A DNA stretch of 64,000 bases from Mobula hypostoma. Lineage: Eukaryota. The DNA is taken from the NCBI RefSeq assembly GCF_963921235.1, contig NC_086097.1, positions 160,644,001-160,708,000 on the forward strand. The letters run 5' to 3'. The translations under genes were made by a program, and so were the position numbers. Shown here one piece after another: positions 1 through 12,194 of this stretch (position 1 is the first letter of the stretch; each line of letters begins with the position of its first letter). Under the pieces are notes generated by a model. That model was not told where the DNA came from. It saw only the letters and a list, made by a program, of their open reading frames with translations, and searched no databases.

Positions 1-1405
1 TGCTTTCTAAAAGAACACTCAATATGTTTCAAGTATTGTGCTTCAACAGCACACCAAGCAAAAGAGTATAAAGCTATCCTACACTGCACTGAATGTAACA
101 GTGACCAGCACATATCAGCATTTCACTGAGGACCAGCACTTTGGGCTGGTACTGGTTCCAGTAAACCCACAGCAGAGCACAGTGGGCAGCCAGTCGAGCA
201 TCCATCGGATGCAGCTACTTCCTCACGCACAGAGGTATGCAGGGAAGGCTTCCCAGGCAAATCCTGCTCTAAAATACGTCTAGCCAACATCTACCTGAAA
301 GGACATCCTGAGCCAAAAACAAAAGCATATGTGATATACGATGACCAGCGCAATTTGTTCTTGGCAAAATCAACATTCTTTCATATATTCAGTATTCAAA
401 GTTCTGCTTCCCCATACACTCTAAAGACATGTTCTAAAGCATCATAGATTGCTGGAAGAAGAGACAGTGGATATATTATGGAGTCAATAGGAGGGGACCT
501 TTGCTTACCCTTGCCAATCCTCTGAGTGCAACTGTATTCCTAGCAACAGGGATGAAATCCCAACTCCTGAAGCTGCATGCGATCATTCACATCTTAAGGC
601 CATAGTTTACAATATTTCCCCATTTATCACCATCCGTGCACACTATGCACATGAACAGCACAATGGTTAGCACAATACACCTTACGCCAACAACTGGACC
701 TATGTTGGGTCGTACTGGGTGACGTCTGCCTCAATGGTGCTCATCAGCAGATTTAAGACTAACATACTGGAAAACTGCAACTAAGTCATTTCAGACCCTG
801 TGAGAGTAGAATCTGTATGAAGAAAAGATTACAGGTAAGCAAACCAAGCACCTGACATATTTACCTCTGCTTAACCAGATTTAGGGAAGCTGGTATTTTG
901 TCCCTCAGAAGATGATTTGAAGCTGGCACCTTCCACCAAAGATGAGTTCTTTCTTTGAATTATGGACAAAGAATTTAGCAAAGATGAGCCAGTCAGTAGC
1001 TCCCCTTCCTTTCCACTCTTCTTGACAACTCATACCAAACAATAGAGCAGGCCCTTAGTCGACTCATGTCCATCAGCTGCACATTGAGAAGGAAACCAAA
1101 AATGAAAAATCATTACATGGAGTTAATGGAGAAATTCTTCAAGAACAATCACAGTGAGTTAGGTCCTCCACCATATCCCAACAAAGAAAACTAGTATTTG
1201 TCAGTTCTGATGAAGGGTCTCAGCCCAAAACATCAACTGTACTCTTTTCCATAGATGCTGCCTGGCCTACTGAGTTCCTCCAGCATTTTGTGTGTGTTGT
1301 TTAGATTTCCAGCATCTGCAGAATTTCTCATCAGTACTTGTCCAACTTTAGTGCTTACCATCCCTAGAAACCTGCACAAATACAGACTGTCTTTGATTGA
1401 AGTTC
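1..1405 (+). mobile_element. Degenerate BEL/Pao LTR retrotransposon gag-pol fragment (protease-like region to start of RT)
   Basis: Manual translation gives KSCSKIRLANIYLKGHPEPKTKAYVIYDDQRNLFLAKSTFF, PYAQQLDLCWVVLGDVCLNGAH, and after an insertion YLSNFSAYHP*KPAQIQTVFD. These resemble BEL/Pao motifs. Many stops and frameshifts. Confidence 0.8.
1203..1332 (+). mobile_element. Penelope-like pseudo-LTR fragment with decayed hammerhead motif, inserted in the BEL/Pao remnant
   Basis: Similar to the copies at 4.4, 22 and 56 kb. Flanked by AGTATTTGTC (1193-1202) and AGTACTTGTC (1333-1342); the BEL/Pao frame resumes after it. Confidence 0.8.
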
Positions 1406-2499
1406 GCAGTTCAAAGTTAAATACCCCAGTTTTTTTTTTGTATTTGTACAGTTCGTCTTCTTTTGAACATTGGTTGTTTCTCCATCATTGTTGTGTATAG
1501 TTTTTCACTGATTCTGTTGTGTTCCTTTGTATCAACTTTGAATACCCAAAAGAAAATTAATTAAGGAACATATACATACTTTGATAAAAAAAATCACATT
1601 GAACTTTGATCAAGATGAACTCTTGACCTAGCAGGAATGTACCAAAAACAAAGACAGGGCTTCAGGTTTTATGACTTTAACTGATTATAATGGATAAATG
1701 AAACACTGAAAAACCTATTCAGAAAAAATAGTTTCCATTTGCTCAGGAAGCCAAAATATTGTGCCAAAATAAAGAATAATGTTCATCATTTGTTCAGCAG
1801 GTAAATCAATCATAATGACAACAGGACTGCCCAGTCATTAATCTTACTTGTACTCTAACTCAGACAGCACACCAAACTCAAATGAAAACTTGCATTTAAC
1901 CATTCTTCACAAGAATAAATAGAACCATTGTACTCCAGCTAAATTTTGATCTTCTTAAAAGTTGGTCTTTGCCTTGATTTTGGCATCTCTAATTTCCTCA
2001 AAAATGCTAAAATTCGTTACAGGCTGCAGTCATGTCATCCACCACCCTCAAGTCCTGCACTCCAAAAAGAAAGGTTCAATTTGAGCAGCCATAAGTTGTA
2101 TTTATCTGGCCTTAATGCATATTTATGGGTCACCTCATTGGAGCAAAAGAAACCTGCATTTATACACACCATTCATAACCTCAGCTCATACCAAAGCACA
2201 TTAAAGTAGATAGCATATTATAGAATGTTATGGTGAGAGTAAAAAGGGATTTCCTTCCTTCCAATCTGATCTAGCCCAGCCTCTACTTCACTAAAGTTCC
2301 TAAATGAAATTCAAACAATGGCAGATACCGGAAATTTGAAATAAGACTGGAAAACTCTACAAATCCTGATCTCTTTGTCCTGAAACTCTATTTCTCCTTC
2401 TATCTGCACTTCCAGTATTCCTGCGTATTTTTTTTAAGTAACTAAAATCCATTAAGCTTACAGATAGTTTAACAATGATTTATTGGAATGATTCCAGGG

Positions 2500-2815
2500 A
2501 TGATGAACTTTAGTTACAAATGGAGAAGCTGAAGTTGCCCTCGTTGGAAAAGAGGAAGCTGAGAAGGGATCTTAATAAGTGGTTAGTATCTGGAATGCAC
2601 AGCTGAATATAGGGTGAGAGGGATGGGGGTATGTCAGCATGGGAACATATTGACGTGGGAACATGTTGGCAGAGAATTAATGGAGGCAAATTCATTTGTG
2701 GTCTTCTAAAAGCAATTGGATGGATACATAAAAGGGAAAATTACAGGGCTATGCAGAGAAGGCAGAAAAGTGGAATTAGTTGGACTGCTCTTGCATAGAG
2801 CTGGCACAGACTTCA
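2500..2815 (+). mobile_element. Old CR1 LINE 3' fragment
   Basis: Degenerate match to the CR1 RT C-terminus (IPGM...LEKRKLRRDL) also seen at 17.7 kb. Confidence 0.6.
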
Positions 2816-3884
2816 TAAGACTTTTTACCCATTTTTTCCAACTTAACCTTTTAGCAGTTCTGCAATTCATTTTAAGGTTCATCCAATTTGCAGTGTCACA
2901 AAACTAAGGCTAGTTTTAGGCTTGTTATAATAATGGCTGCTGATGTTCAGTTAGTAACAATCTTAACTCTGTTCCAGCATTGTTGTGGTTTCAAGACCTA
3001 TTGCAGAGATATAACCAAAATAACCTCGGTTGCGACTCCATTGCGGTATACAGAGTGTGTTTCTAGTTGGAAGTGCTGTCTTTCAAATCAGGAAACTAAA
3101 AACTTGACTGTTGTCCAACTTGGATGTAAAAGATAGCATGAACATCAAAGAACATGAGTGTTAACTGATGTAGTAGGAATCTTTCTCTATCCAACAAAAT
3201 GATGAGAAATTACTCTTATTACAACTTCGCTATTTGTGGGAGCATGCTGTTTGTAAACTAGTTTATGAGCTTTCCAAGTTACAAATAAAGTTACACATCT
3301 CTAGGTGTAAACTCTGCAGCTTTGAAAGACAGTGTTTAACACTGAGACATTGTTCAGAAAATATTAAAGACCTTATTCTCTTGTGAAAGGCACAGAGACA
3401 CTTCACAGATCTTTTACAAATTTTTGACATACCCAAAATACTCCACCTCCTCTAAAAATATGACCAGGGCTATTAGCACGAAACCCTTTGACTTTAGTGT
3501 GTCTAAGTCTGTGAAACGTTACATTTGGGTTTCATACTACAAAACCATGGATTGTGGCATTCCAACTAAGTTTAAGAGTACAGTACTTCAAATGACACAG
3601 GTTAGCTATTACGAGTTTCACTGTACTCTTTACAATGAGTTTCCAAATTTATAGAAAATGTTGGACGATACTGTGGAGAAAGAAACAAAGCTTCTTTACT
3701 TTCTGTCTTTAAGAAGCATTTTGGACTAGGTATTAAATTCTGCAACTTCAGATAAGTTGATTCCTCAGTTACTATTAATCAACTGTGAAGTCTCCTCACT
3801 CCCATCCCACCTTTCTATCTGGGATATGCTCACCCTGACATGCTCTGCATTTCACAGCCACAATATTGGTAGATCCTTTAAAGG

Positions 3885-4350
3885 TGTCAGTTATTTTCAA
3901 AATGGGGTGTGAATTCAAAAAAACGGAGGTGCAAACGAATATGAAGATTCATTTACAAAGATTTAGAATATTAAAAAAGATGTAATATTGAGGATTTATA
4001 AGCCATTGGTCAGACCACATTTGGAGTAGTGAGCAGTTTTGGGCGCTATATCTAAGAAAGGATGTATGGGAATGAAAGCGTTAATGTATGAGCAGCGTTT
4101 CGTGGGTCTGGGTCCATACATGCTGGAGTTTAGAAGAATGGTCTCATTAAAACCTATCAAATTTTGAACTGCCTGGATAGAGTATATGCGGGAAGGATGT
4201 CTCTAATAGTGGAAGAATCCCAGAACAAAGGACACAGCCTCAGAACATAAGGATGTCCCTTTAGAATACAGATGAGAAGAAATTTCTTTAGCCAGAGTAT
4301 GGTGTACCGTGGAATTCACTGCCACAGATGGCTGAAGATGACAAGTCATT
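3885..4350 (+). mobile_element. CR1 LINE ORF2 C-terminal fragment
   Basis: Encodes LRIYKPLVRPHLE, homologous to ORF 17357..17938; disrupted. Confidence 0.8.
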
Positions 4351-4412
4351 AGGTGTATTTTCCTGTAGCTTTGATCTCTTTTTCAGTCACTGACCTGGAA
4401 TGGAATGGAATG

Positions 4413-4534
4413 AATCCCTTACTCACTCTTCCTTCAGTTAGTCCTGACGAAGGGTCTCGGCCTGAAACGTCGACTGCACCTCTTCCTAGAGATGCTGCCT
4501 GGCCTGCTGCGTTCACCAGCAACTTTGATGTGTG
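4413..4534 (+). mobile_element. Young Penelope-like pseudo-LTR fragment
   Basis: Near-identical to 56010-56130. TSD TGACCTGGAATGG at 4391-4403 and 4535-4547. Confidence 0.85.
4440..4475 (+). ncRNA. Minimal type I hammerhead ribozyme motif (intact core)
   Basis: AGTC-CTGACGA-AGGGTCTCGGCCT-GAAA-C-GTC-GACT: CUGANGA and GAAA cores, stem II, stem I AGTC/GACT, GUC cleavage triplet. Confidence 0.75.
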
Positions 4535-4939
4535 TGACCTGGAATGGTAACTGTTTTCCTTCCCACAGATGCAGTCTAACCTCCTGAATATTTCCAGCAT
4601 TTTTGTTTGTGTATTAGTTCAATGAATAGCACCTCATTTTCCAGCTCACATTCCAGTCTTTGGGCTCAATTTGGATTTCAAGAATTCCAGTTAGAGATAC
4701 ATTTTTTAACTTGCATCAGAACAGGCTAATTCTGCTGCAGTCATCCAGCAGTTAATGCAGCATTGAGTTTTTTTTTTCCTCTCCCCCCACAGATGTTACA
4801 CAGCTCTTTCCTGCATTCTCTTTTGTTCCAGGTTTCCAGCAACCGCTATTCTGCATCTCAAATTTACAGCATGCTCTTTTGAATACACTTTTCACTCCAA
4901 TTGCCCTCCTTTATCTATTTATCATCTATTAATTAATCA

Positions 4940-5625
4940 TCCCCTTACAGTGTAAAAAGAGACCACCTGGCAGGGGCGCAAACAAGGCCGTCATTTTCAT
5001 CAAGGAGAAGGTCACGCCAGTCATATCAAAGAGGCCTAAATCCAGTCTGCTGCAAGCTGCCAAATCATTGGAGATGAGTGTCAATGCGGGGAGGAAGGTG
5101 CAGTTCCCGGAGGCAGTGCAAAACACACCAGCCAGACTGTGGACCACCAAAGACAAGGCCATCATCCTGCTGGAGCTCACAGTACCATGGGAGGAGGCTC
5201 AGATGTACCATTACTTAGTCCAGTAGTGCAGGAACAAAGGCTGTTCCCTTTGGAATGCCGACACAGCTATTCCTTGCTGTAGAGGGTTCCCAACAAGATC
5301 GGCCTGGAGGTTACTGCCTACGCCTGGTCTTGATGAAAAGAGCAAGCACCAAGCAGCTCGCAGGATGGGGGAGCTGAAAGAGCCTCTTGCTGGATATACA
5401 GCGGGAATGAGGAGTTGAGCTGGAAGTCAGGAGCAGATGGGCAGTGACTTGGCCGGTACTGCGGACCCGTCAAGTGGAGAGTGTAGTCGTTAAGGGCCGA
5501 AACACTCCATGAAGCTTGGGCACCACCTAACATCATCTGCTCCTGGCCAAAAGCTATGGTTTCCTCATCAGGTAACTGAAGAGAACACCCCAGTGTATGA
5601 TGCAAGTTGTTACACAGACAACCTT
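4940..5625 (+). mobile_element. HERO-like (R2 group) non-LTR retrotransposon 3' fragment, restriction-like endonuclease region
   Basis: Translates LWTTKDKAIILLELTVPWEEA, later CRGFP and ERASCWI-like blocks, typical of RLE-bearing non-LTR elements; disrupted. Confidence 0.7.
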
Positions 5626-7175
5626 TGATCTTCAGCATCTCATCATTCCTTCACTTTTCTGCAACCTAAGAACACTTCAGTTTTCTAGTTCTAACAGAGT
5701 TTTTAATCTGAAATATTAGCTCAATTTCTTTCTCCACAAATGTGCCTGACCAAAGTAGTTCCAGCATTTCACTTTGAAAACACGTTTTCAGAATCTGCAA
5801 TTTTAAATTTTCAGTTCAAAAACAAAAAAAAAGGTAGTTTTTCTTGATTCTTTCTGGCTATCGTGATACCAAATTGCTTTGCAAAATTATCATTATGTTG
5901 AATAATTTTCATATATTGACAAGGAGAGGCCATTTGTAAGACAAGTCTAGTTCTTGAAATTGATCCTTGACTTAGTTTCCATAGAATAACTGTCTTTAAG
6001 ATGCACTCTTTCTTGCACATATCCACAAAATCACACACTGTCAACAGCTTCAAAAGGCAAAAAAGAACGAGAAGGTGCCACTTATCTTTTTCACAATATT
6101 GTACTCGAGTAATGGGCAATGGCCAACGCCACACAAAATAAAATGAGATAAACCTCTGGAGCACAGATTGACACAACAGCTTCCATATTTAGAAGATATC
6201 TTTTTGCATATTAAAAATCAGCCATTTTTCCTTTCCTAATTTAGGATATGCTATTCTTACTCCCATATATGAAGTGCTTTAGTTATTTTCTTTTAAGTAA
6301 AACGCACATGATTAAGACAAATTATACAGCATCATAAAAAGAATTGTTTTTGACATCTCCTACTAATCTTACGGAAAAATCTATTTTATTAAGTATTCCT
6401 ATGCTAAATTTTATGTTGCTTACACGATGCAACTGATATTACGTAAATCTGAGAATTATCAGATTACCCAACTGATTATTCAATTTTAATTTGGGCGGGG
6501 TGGAAACGGAAGCCTCCAATTTACCTGCAATACGACACAAGAAAAAGTGAGGTTGAGGCTGAGTAAATTACGCGTTGCGTAACGTAACACACACAAAAGG
6601 CTGGAGAAACTCTGGTCATGCAGCAGCTCGGACCGAGACCTTTCATTTCCCGCCTATTACTGATTCTTTGCATACCATCTACTTTTTTTTGTTAGGAGGA
6701 AAATATTAAAAACTGACCAGCTAGTTAGCGGTCTATCATAATCCAAATAAACAAGAATAATTCTGTAAAAAATAACTTGCATTTGTTGGACAAAATTGTT
6801 AAATAATCTTTCCTTTCAGTCCGGATGAAGAGCCTCGACCTGAAACGTCTGTAGTTCATTTCTCTCTACAGACACTGCCTGACCGCTGGGTTCCTTCAGT
6901 AGATTGTTCTTTGAATCCTCTGAAAACATCATTCATAATCTGACTAACCCACAATCGCCAGCATTAGAGGAAAATAAAACTCCATTAACCACAAACAAGT
7001 ATTATAAGCGTACCCATTCTTTCCAACCTAATACACCCATTGACACTAAGGCACGTGGGCAATGTAAGAGGCGGAAATGACGTATCCGTTACAATAAAGC
7101 CCCTAAGTCTCCCATCAATTAGAGAAATGGAAAAGGAAGCAGAAAAACTAGAATTTTATTTTAATTTTAACTTAC

Positions 7176-7260
7176 CAAATTTAATCAAATGTAACAATTT
7201 TAAAAACTGAAGTAATTCTCTTTGGAAAGGAGGCTAATTTTCGCTTCAATATTAACCTAT
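7176..7260 (-). other. Candidate non-coding first exon of a minus-strand transcript
   Basis: Consensus donor TTG|GTAAGT (ACTTAC at 7170-7175) next to the motif cluster; no ATG. The 5' boundary is a guess. Confidence 0.35.
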
Positions 7261-7309
7261 GACCTGACGCTGACGTCCCTTAGCGACGGTCACGGCAACA
7301 CATGGTAAC

Positions 7310-7431
7310 TCCGGGTTGTGAGAGGGGCAGACGCTGAATGCTAGGAGTAGCCCTCAGGTTATCAACAACTCCAATTAGTAGTACTATCAACAAAGAGTAC
7401 TCTTCGGGTTTAAATGAGTAGGCGTCGCGCA
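7310..7431 (+). other. Candidate first exon of a plus-strand transcript
   Basis: Donor GCA|GTGAGT at 7432-7437, followed by a 180-nt T-rich intron ending TTTTTGTTCAG (7611). The 5' boundary is a guess. Confidence 0.4.
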
Positions 7432-7611
7432 GTGAGTAGTAACATCTCCATTACTCTGTTGGGGAAAGTTAGCATTCACTGTAAACACACAGTCCACCTT
7501 GACTTTAGGTTTGTGTACTGCCCATGTTTGTTTTAATTTATCTTACATTAACTCTGATTTTTATTTGTGATTTTTGCTTTTATTGGTAAAACGTTACTTT
7601 TTTTTGTTCAG

Positions 7612-7649
7612 ATTCACCTTGAGTGGGCTGCCTATGGATACCAGCTTGA
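7612..7649 (+). other. Candidate 38-nt exon 2 containing ATG (MDTSL, phase 1)
   Basis: Strong polypyrimidine acceptor at 7611, ATG at 7634, donor GTGAGT 7650-7655. Product not recognised. Confidence 0.4.
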
Positions 7650-9558
7650 GTGAGTGGCTGCTCCATTCCTTTGTGTGGCTCTCATGCTTTTAAATCTAAC
7701 GGAAGGTGTTTATTTCTTTGTCTACAAAGAGGAATCGTATATTATAGAAATGCCTGGCCTAATCTGTTTCTTGTTATCTATAACTTTAATACGTTTATGT
7801 ATACATTTACCCAGATTGAAGGGAAACACAAAGATTGTATGGCTCTCTGTACTCTCCAAATATTGCACTATGGTTATAAAGCTGCATCTTTCAAAATCAT
7901 CCATTTGGTCAGAGGATTTCTGTAAATCAAATTTTCTGGTGAATGTTTTCCTGTATGTTTGCTTTTGAATAATCACGTAATATCTTGTCATTTTCTGTTT
8001 AACTTGTGTATTTTTTGAACATTCCAAGCTTTAGGTGCTTATTTGCCTACTCAGATTTAGTTGAAGTTTGCAGTTTCAAAGTTTATGCAGTGGGTTGAAA
8101 AATTGCCACTGCCTGTGAATTATATTGATTTTATAGCATACATTTTAGATGTGAATGAAATGCATTTTGAATTGGATTTTTTTTTTGCTTTCCTTCAATC
8201 TATATACAACAAAATCATTTTCTCTTGTATTTTGTCTTGATAATGTGATATGTAGGTCACAGGTGGGTGTGCAGCAATTTCAGTGCTTCAATCTGTATTT
8301 ATGTTGAGTGATTGGGATACTAGATCTGCTGGCCTGATTTGGGATTGAATTGTTTTCCACGTGTTTTACCTTGAAACTTGCGTCAGACAGTTCCATTAAA
8401 TGTCCAAAATTTGCAACCTCAAATATTTTTTAAGAAGTGCATTTCATATTGCTTTTAAGAAGTTCTTCTTGTTTATATAAATTATAGTTCATTTTGACAA
8501 ACATTGGAAGAAAGTGAAGTTATTTCAAGATTTGTGGGATTATATATCTCAAACTTTGCCATTATGACAAAACTTGTAGTTTAAAATATAAAAACAATCA
8601 AATTTTAGATAGGTCAATAGATCATTGTACAGGCTTGTCAGTGAGTGCCTTATTAGAGTGAAATTGGCAGGGACCCTGGGAGAAGGTCACTTATTCACCC
8701 TCTGCGATGCAGAATTAAGTGCCAATTTTTGTTTTTACTTTGTGAGGGAAGAAGTGAAGTGTATTTATAGTAAAGCGAATTGTTGAAGTTGACTTCATCT
8801 ACTGTAGTGCAGTTTTGTGTTTATTATATTTGACCTACCAATTAGGGTTTGCTAGTAGCAAGAGAGCGGGAGGATGGCAGGGTTGCAGAAGAGGACTGAG
8901 ATGATCAAGGGTGAAAAAAATCAAGGGAAGGGTCAGTGGGAAGGGAATGAGGCACTGGTTGACTTAGATACCCTGTCTAGTGCAAGTTCAAAATAACGTG
9001 TGTATGTACACACATTAATTGCTGCTCTGAGTGAAAGTTGATTGGGAAAGGTTGAAATGAAAAGCAACATGTTCTTTATTGGGTGGCAGATCAGCAACTC
9101 ATCTTCTGTGATAAATGGATGCCTCCTGACCATCCAGTTCAATGTAACACGCAAACAGCGTACTACAGTTAATACCACACGTGGCTCAACTGTGGCTGGT
9201 ACTTGACTTTCCGCGGCAGGCTTCCACCTTGACCGGTGCTTCTCAGAGAGAGACAAGCTGACCCTCTGGGTAGCTTCAGTGCCAGAGTCAGCAAAGATTC
9301 TTTGCAACAGAAGCAACAGCAAGAGGGGAAAGGACAAGGCCAGTATCAGAATGTTTTAAATATGGTTTTGTGCTCAACTTTCTAATGAAATAGGTGTTGG
9401 TTATGACAAGACCTCATGGCAATACCCCTTTTCCATGAACTGGTACATATTAGATAAATTATCCAAGCAAGAAACTGCAAAATTATCTGTGTCCCCTTCT
9501 TAAAAACTGAACTGATTACAGCCCAAGTTATCTATTCCTTCCATTAGTCTGAACCTAA

Positions 9559-11685
9559 AACCATAAGACATAGGAGCAGAATTAGGCCATCTGGCCCATT
9601 GAGTCTGCTCTGCCATTTGATCATGGCTGATCCTTTTTTTCTATCTCCTCCTCAACCCCAGTTCCCAGCCTTCTCCCTGTAACCTTTGATGCCATGTCCA
9701 ATCAAGAACCTATCAATATCTGCCTTAAATACACCCAATGACCTGGCCTCCACAGCTGCATGTGGTGACCAAATTCCTCAAATTCACCACCCTTTAGCTA
9801 AAGAAATTTCTCCGCATCTGTTTTGAAAGGACGCTGCTCTATCCTGAGGCTGTGCCTTCTTTTCCTAGACTCTCCCATTATGGGAAACATTCTTTCCAGA
9901 TCTACTCTGTCGTCCAAAAGGCTTCAATAAAGCTCCCCCCCCCCCCACTCCATCCTTCTGAATTCCAGTGAGTATAGACACAGAGCCATCAAACGTTCCT
10001 CGTATGATAACCCTTTCATTCCTCGAATCCTCCTTATGAACCTTCTCTGGACCCTCTCCAATACCAGCACATCTTTTCAAAGGTGAGGGGCCCAAAATTG
10101 TTCACAATACTTAAGGTGCTAACATGGCATGTGCTGATTTGACCGGCAAGTTAACCTTTAGGGTATTCTGCACTTATCAGATTTTTGGATTTTCTCCCTG
10201 TTTAGAAAATAGCCTGCACCTTTATTTCTACTCTTAAAGTGCATGACCATGCATTTTCCAACATTGTATTTCATTTGCCACTTTCTTGCCCATTCTCCTA
10301 ATCAGTCTAAATCCTTCTGCATCCTACCTGTTTCCTCAACATTACCTGCCTCTCCACCAATCTTTGTATCATTTGCAAACTTGGCAACAAAGCCATCTAT
10401 TCCGTCATCTAAATTATTTATATACAGCATAAAAATAAGTGGTCCCAACACCGGCCCCTGCGGAACACCACTAGTCACCGGCAGCCAACCAGAAAAGGAT
10501 CCTTTTATTCCCACTGACTGCCTCCTACCAATCACCATGTTAGTAAAGTTCCTGTGATACCATGGGCTCTTAACTTGGTAAGCAGCCTCATGTGTGGCAC
10601 CTTGTCAAAGCCCTTTTGAGAGTCCTAATATACCATATCCACTGCATCCCCTTTATCTATCCTACTTGTAATCCCCTCAAAGAATTCCAGAAGGTTTGTC
10701 AGGCAGGATTTCCTTCTGACGGAAACCATGCTGACTTTGTCCTATCTTGTCCTGTATCACTAAGTTCTCCATCACCTCATCCTTAACAATTGACTCTAAC
10801 CCCTTCCCAACTGCGAAGGTCGGGCTAACTGGTCTATACTTTCCTCTCTGCTGCCTTCCTCCTTTTTTAAAGAGTGGAGTAACATTTGCAGTTTTCCAGT
10901 CCTCTGGCATCATGCCAGAGTCCAATAATTGTTTTGAAAGATCATTCCTAATGCCACCACAATCTCTAACGCTACCTCTTTCAAAACCCTAGGGTGCAGT
11001 TCAACTGGTCTACCTTTTCAGTCTTTTAGCTTTTTGAGCACCTCCTCTCTTGTAATAGTAACTGCACCCACTTCTCTTCCTTCACACACTACAACATCAG
11101 GCATACTGCTAGTGTCTTCCACAGTGAAGACTGATGCAAAATACCAATTTTTGTTCATCAGCATCTCCTTGTACCCCATTATTTTTTCTCCTGCCTCACT
11201 TTCTAGCAGTCCTATAGCCACTCTCATTTCTCCTTTATTTTTAACATTCTTGAAAAACTTTTACTATTCACTTTGGTATTAGTTATTAGCTTGCTTTCAT
11301 ATTTCATCTTTTCCCTTCTAGTGATTTTTTTAATGCTCTCTGTAGGTTATTTTAAAAGTTCCCAATCTTCCCATTAATTTTTGCTTTGTTGTATGCCCTT
11401 TCTTTTGCTTTTACAATAGCTTTGACTTGCATTGTCAGCCATGGTTGTACTATTTTTACCATTTGAGTATTTCTTTATTTTTGGAATACGCATGTCCGGC
11501 ACCTTCCTCATGTTTCTCAGAAACGCACACCATTGCTGCTCTGCTGACGTCTCTGCCAGCAGCTCCTTCCAATTTACTTTGGCCAACTCCTCTATCACAC
11601 CACTGTTATTTCCCTTACTCCACTGAAATACTGTTACATCAGACTTTACTTTCTCCCTATCAAAATTCAAGTTGAACATAATCCC
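9559..11685 (-). mobile_element. CR1 LINE, 5'-truncated ORF2 with 3' tail
   Basis: ORFs with PEDWKTANVTPLFKKG, SGVPQGPVLGPLIF and FANDTK; 3' UTR and tail near 9560. Confidence 0.92.
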
Positions 11686-12194
11686 TGATGAGAAGGCAGT
11701 CATTCATGGCAGATCAATTACATTCCTGACATCAAGTGTTGGAGACATAACTTTGAAATTTGGTATTGAGTTGGTTGATAAGCCATGATTTTGATAAATG
11801 GTGAAGCAGCCTTCAAAGGTAAATGGCTTATTCCTGTTCCTAATTTTTTCCTCTTATTGTTCAATATAGCCCACATTTGGAATTCAGAAAAGCCAGTGAA
11901 CTGCCAAGAGGAATGTAGCACAACTTTAATTTTATGCCTCTAGAAACTATACATACTCATGAATGTGAAGAATAGTGCCTATGAATGCTTGTCAAGTAAA
12001 AGAAAAAAATCACTTTTACTTGACAGGCATTCATATGCTCTATTAAAAGAGAAGAATTTAACCATGCACATTTAAACTTTCTAGAATTGAGTATATTTTT
12101 AAAAAAGCTACGTATTCCTTGCAGCTATTCTGCAATACATATTGGGACAATAACTTTAGAAGTTAAACGCAAGATTGTATAGGGGTTCATTTGA

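Larger units (their letters stand above)
6430..7440. promoter_or_regulatory. Putative bidirectional promoter
   Basis: Local CpG retention. GC box GGGCGGGG 6493-6500; E-box CACGTG 7052-7057; ETS-CRE-like GGCGGAAATGACGT 7070-7083; TGACGC/TGACGT 7265-7276; X-box-like GTCCCTTAGCGAC 7275-7287, CACGGCAAC 7291-7299, CATGGTAAC 7301-7309. Splice donors point outward on both strands. Confidence 0.6.

Noticed and set aside
5811..6176. 121-aa minus ORF in unique sequence
   Set aside because: No homology recognised, non-ATG start and no convincing splice signals.
7047..7064. TAAGGCACGTGGGCAATG resembles mature miR-124
   Set aside because: It has several central mismatches to a near-invariant miRNA and no pairing 5' arm; an E-box context explains it better.
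7650..8027. Three overlapping 90-100 aa ORFs
   Set aside because: T-rich intron-like composition immediately after a donor site; no domain.
8933..9337. 134-aa minus ORF with a signal-peptide-like Leu run
   Set aside because: Non-ATG start, no recognisable domain, and the Leu run comes from low-complexity sequence.
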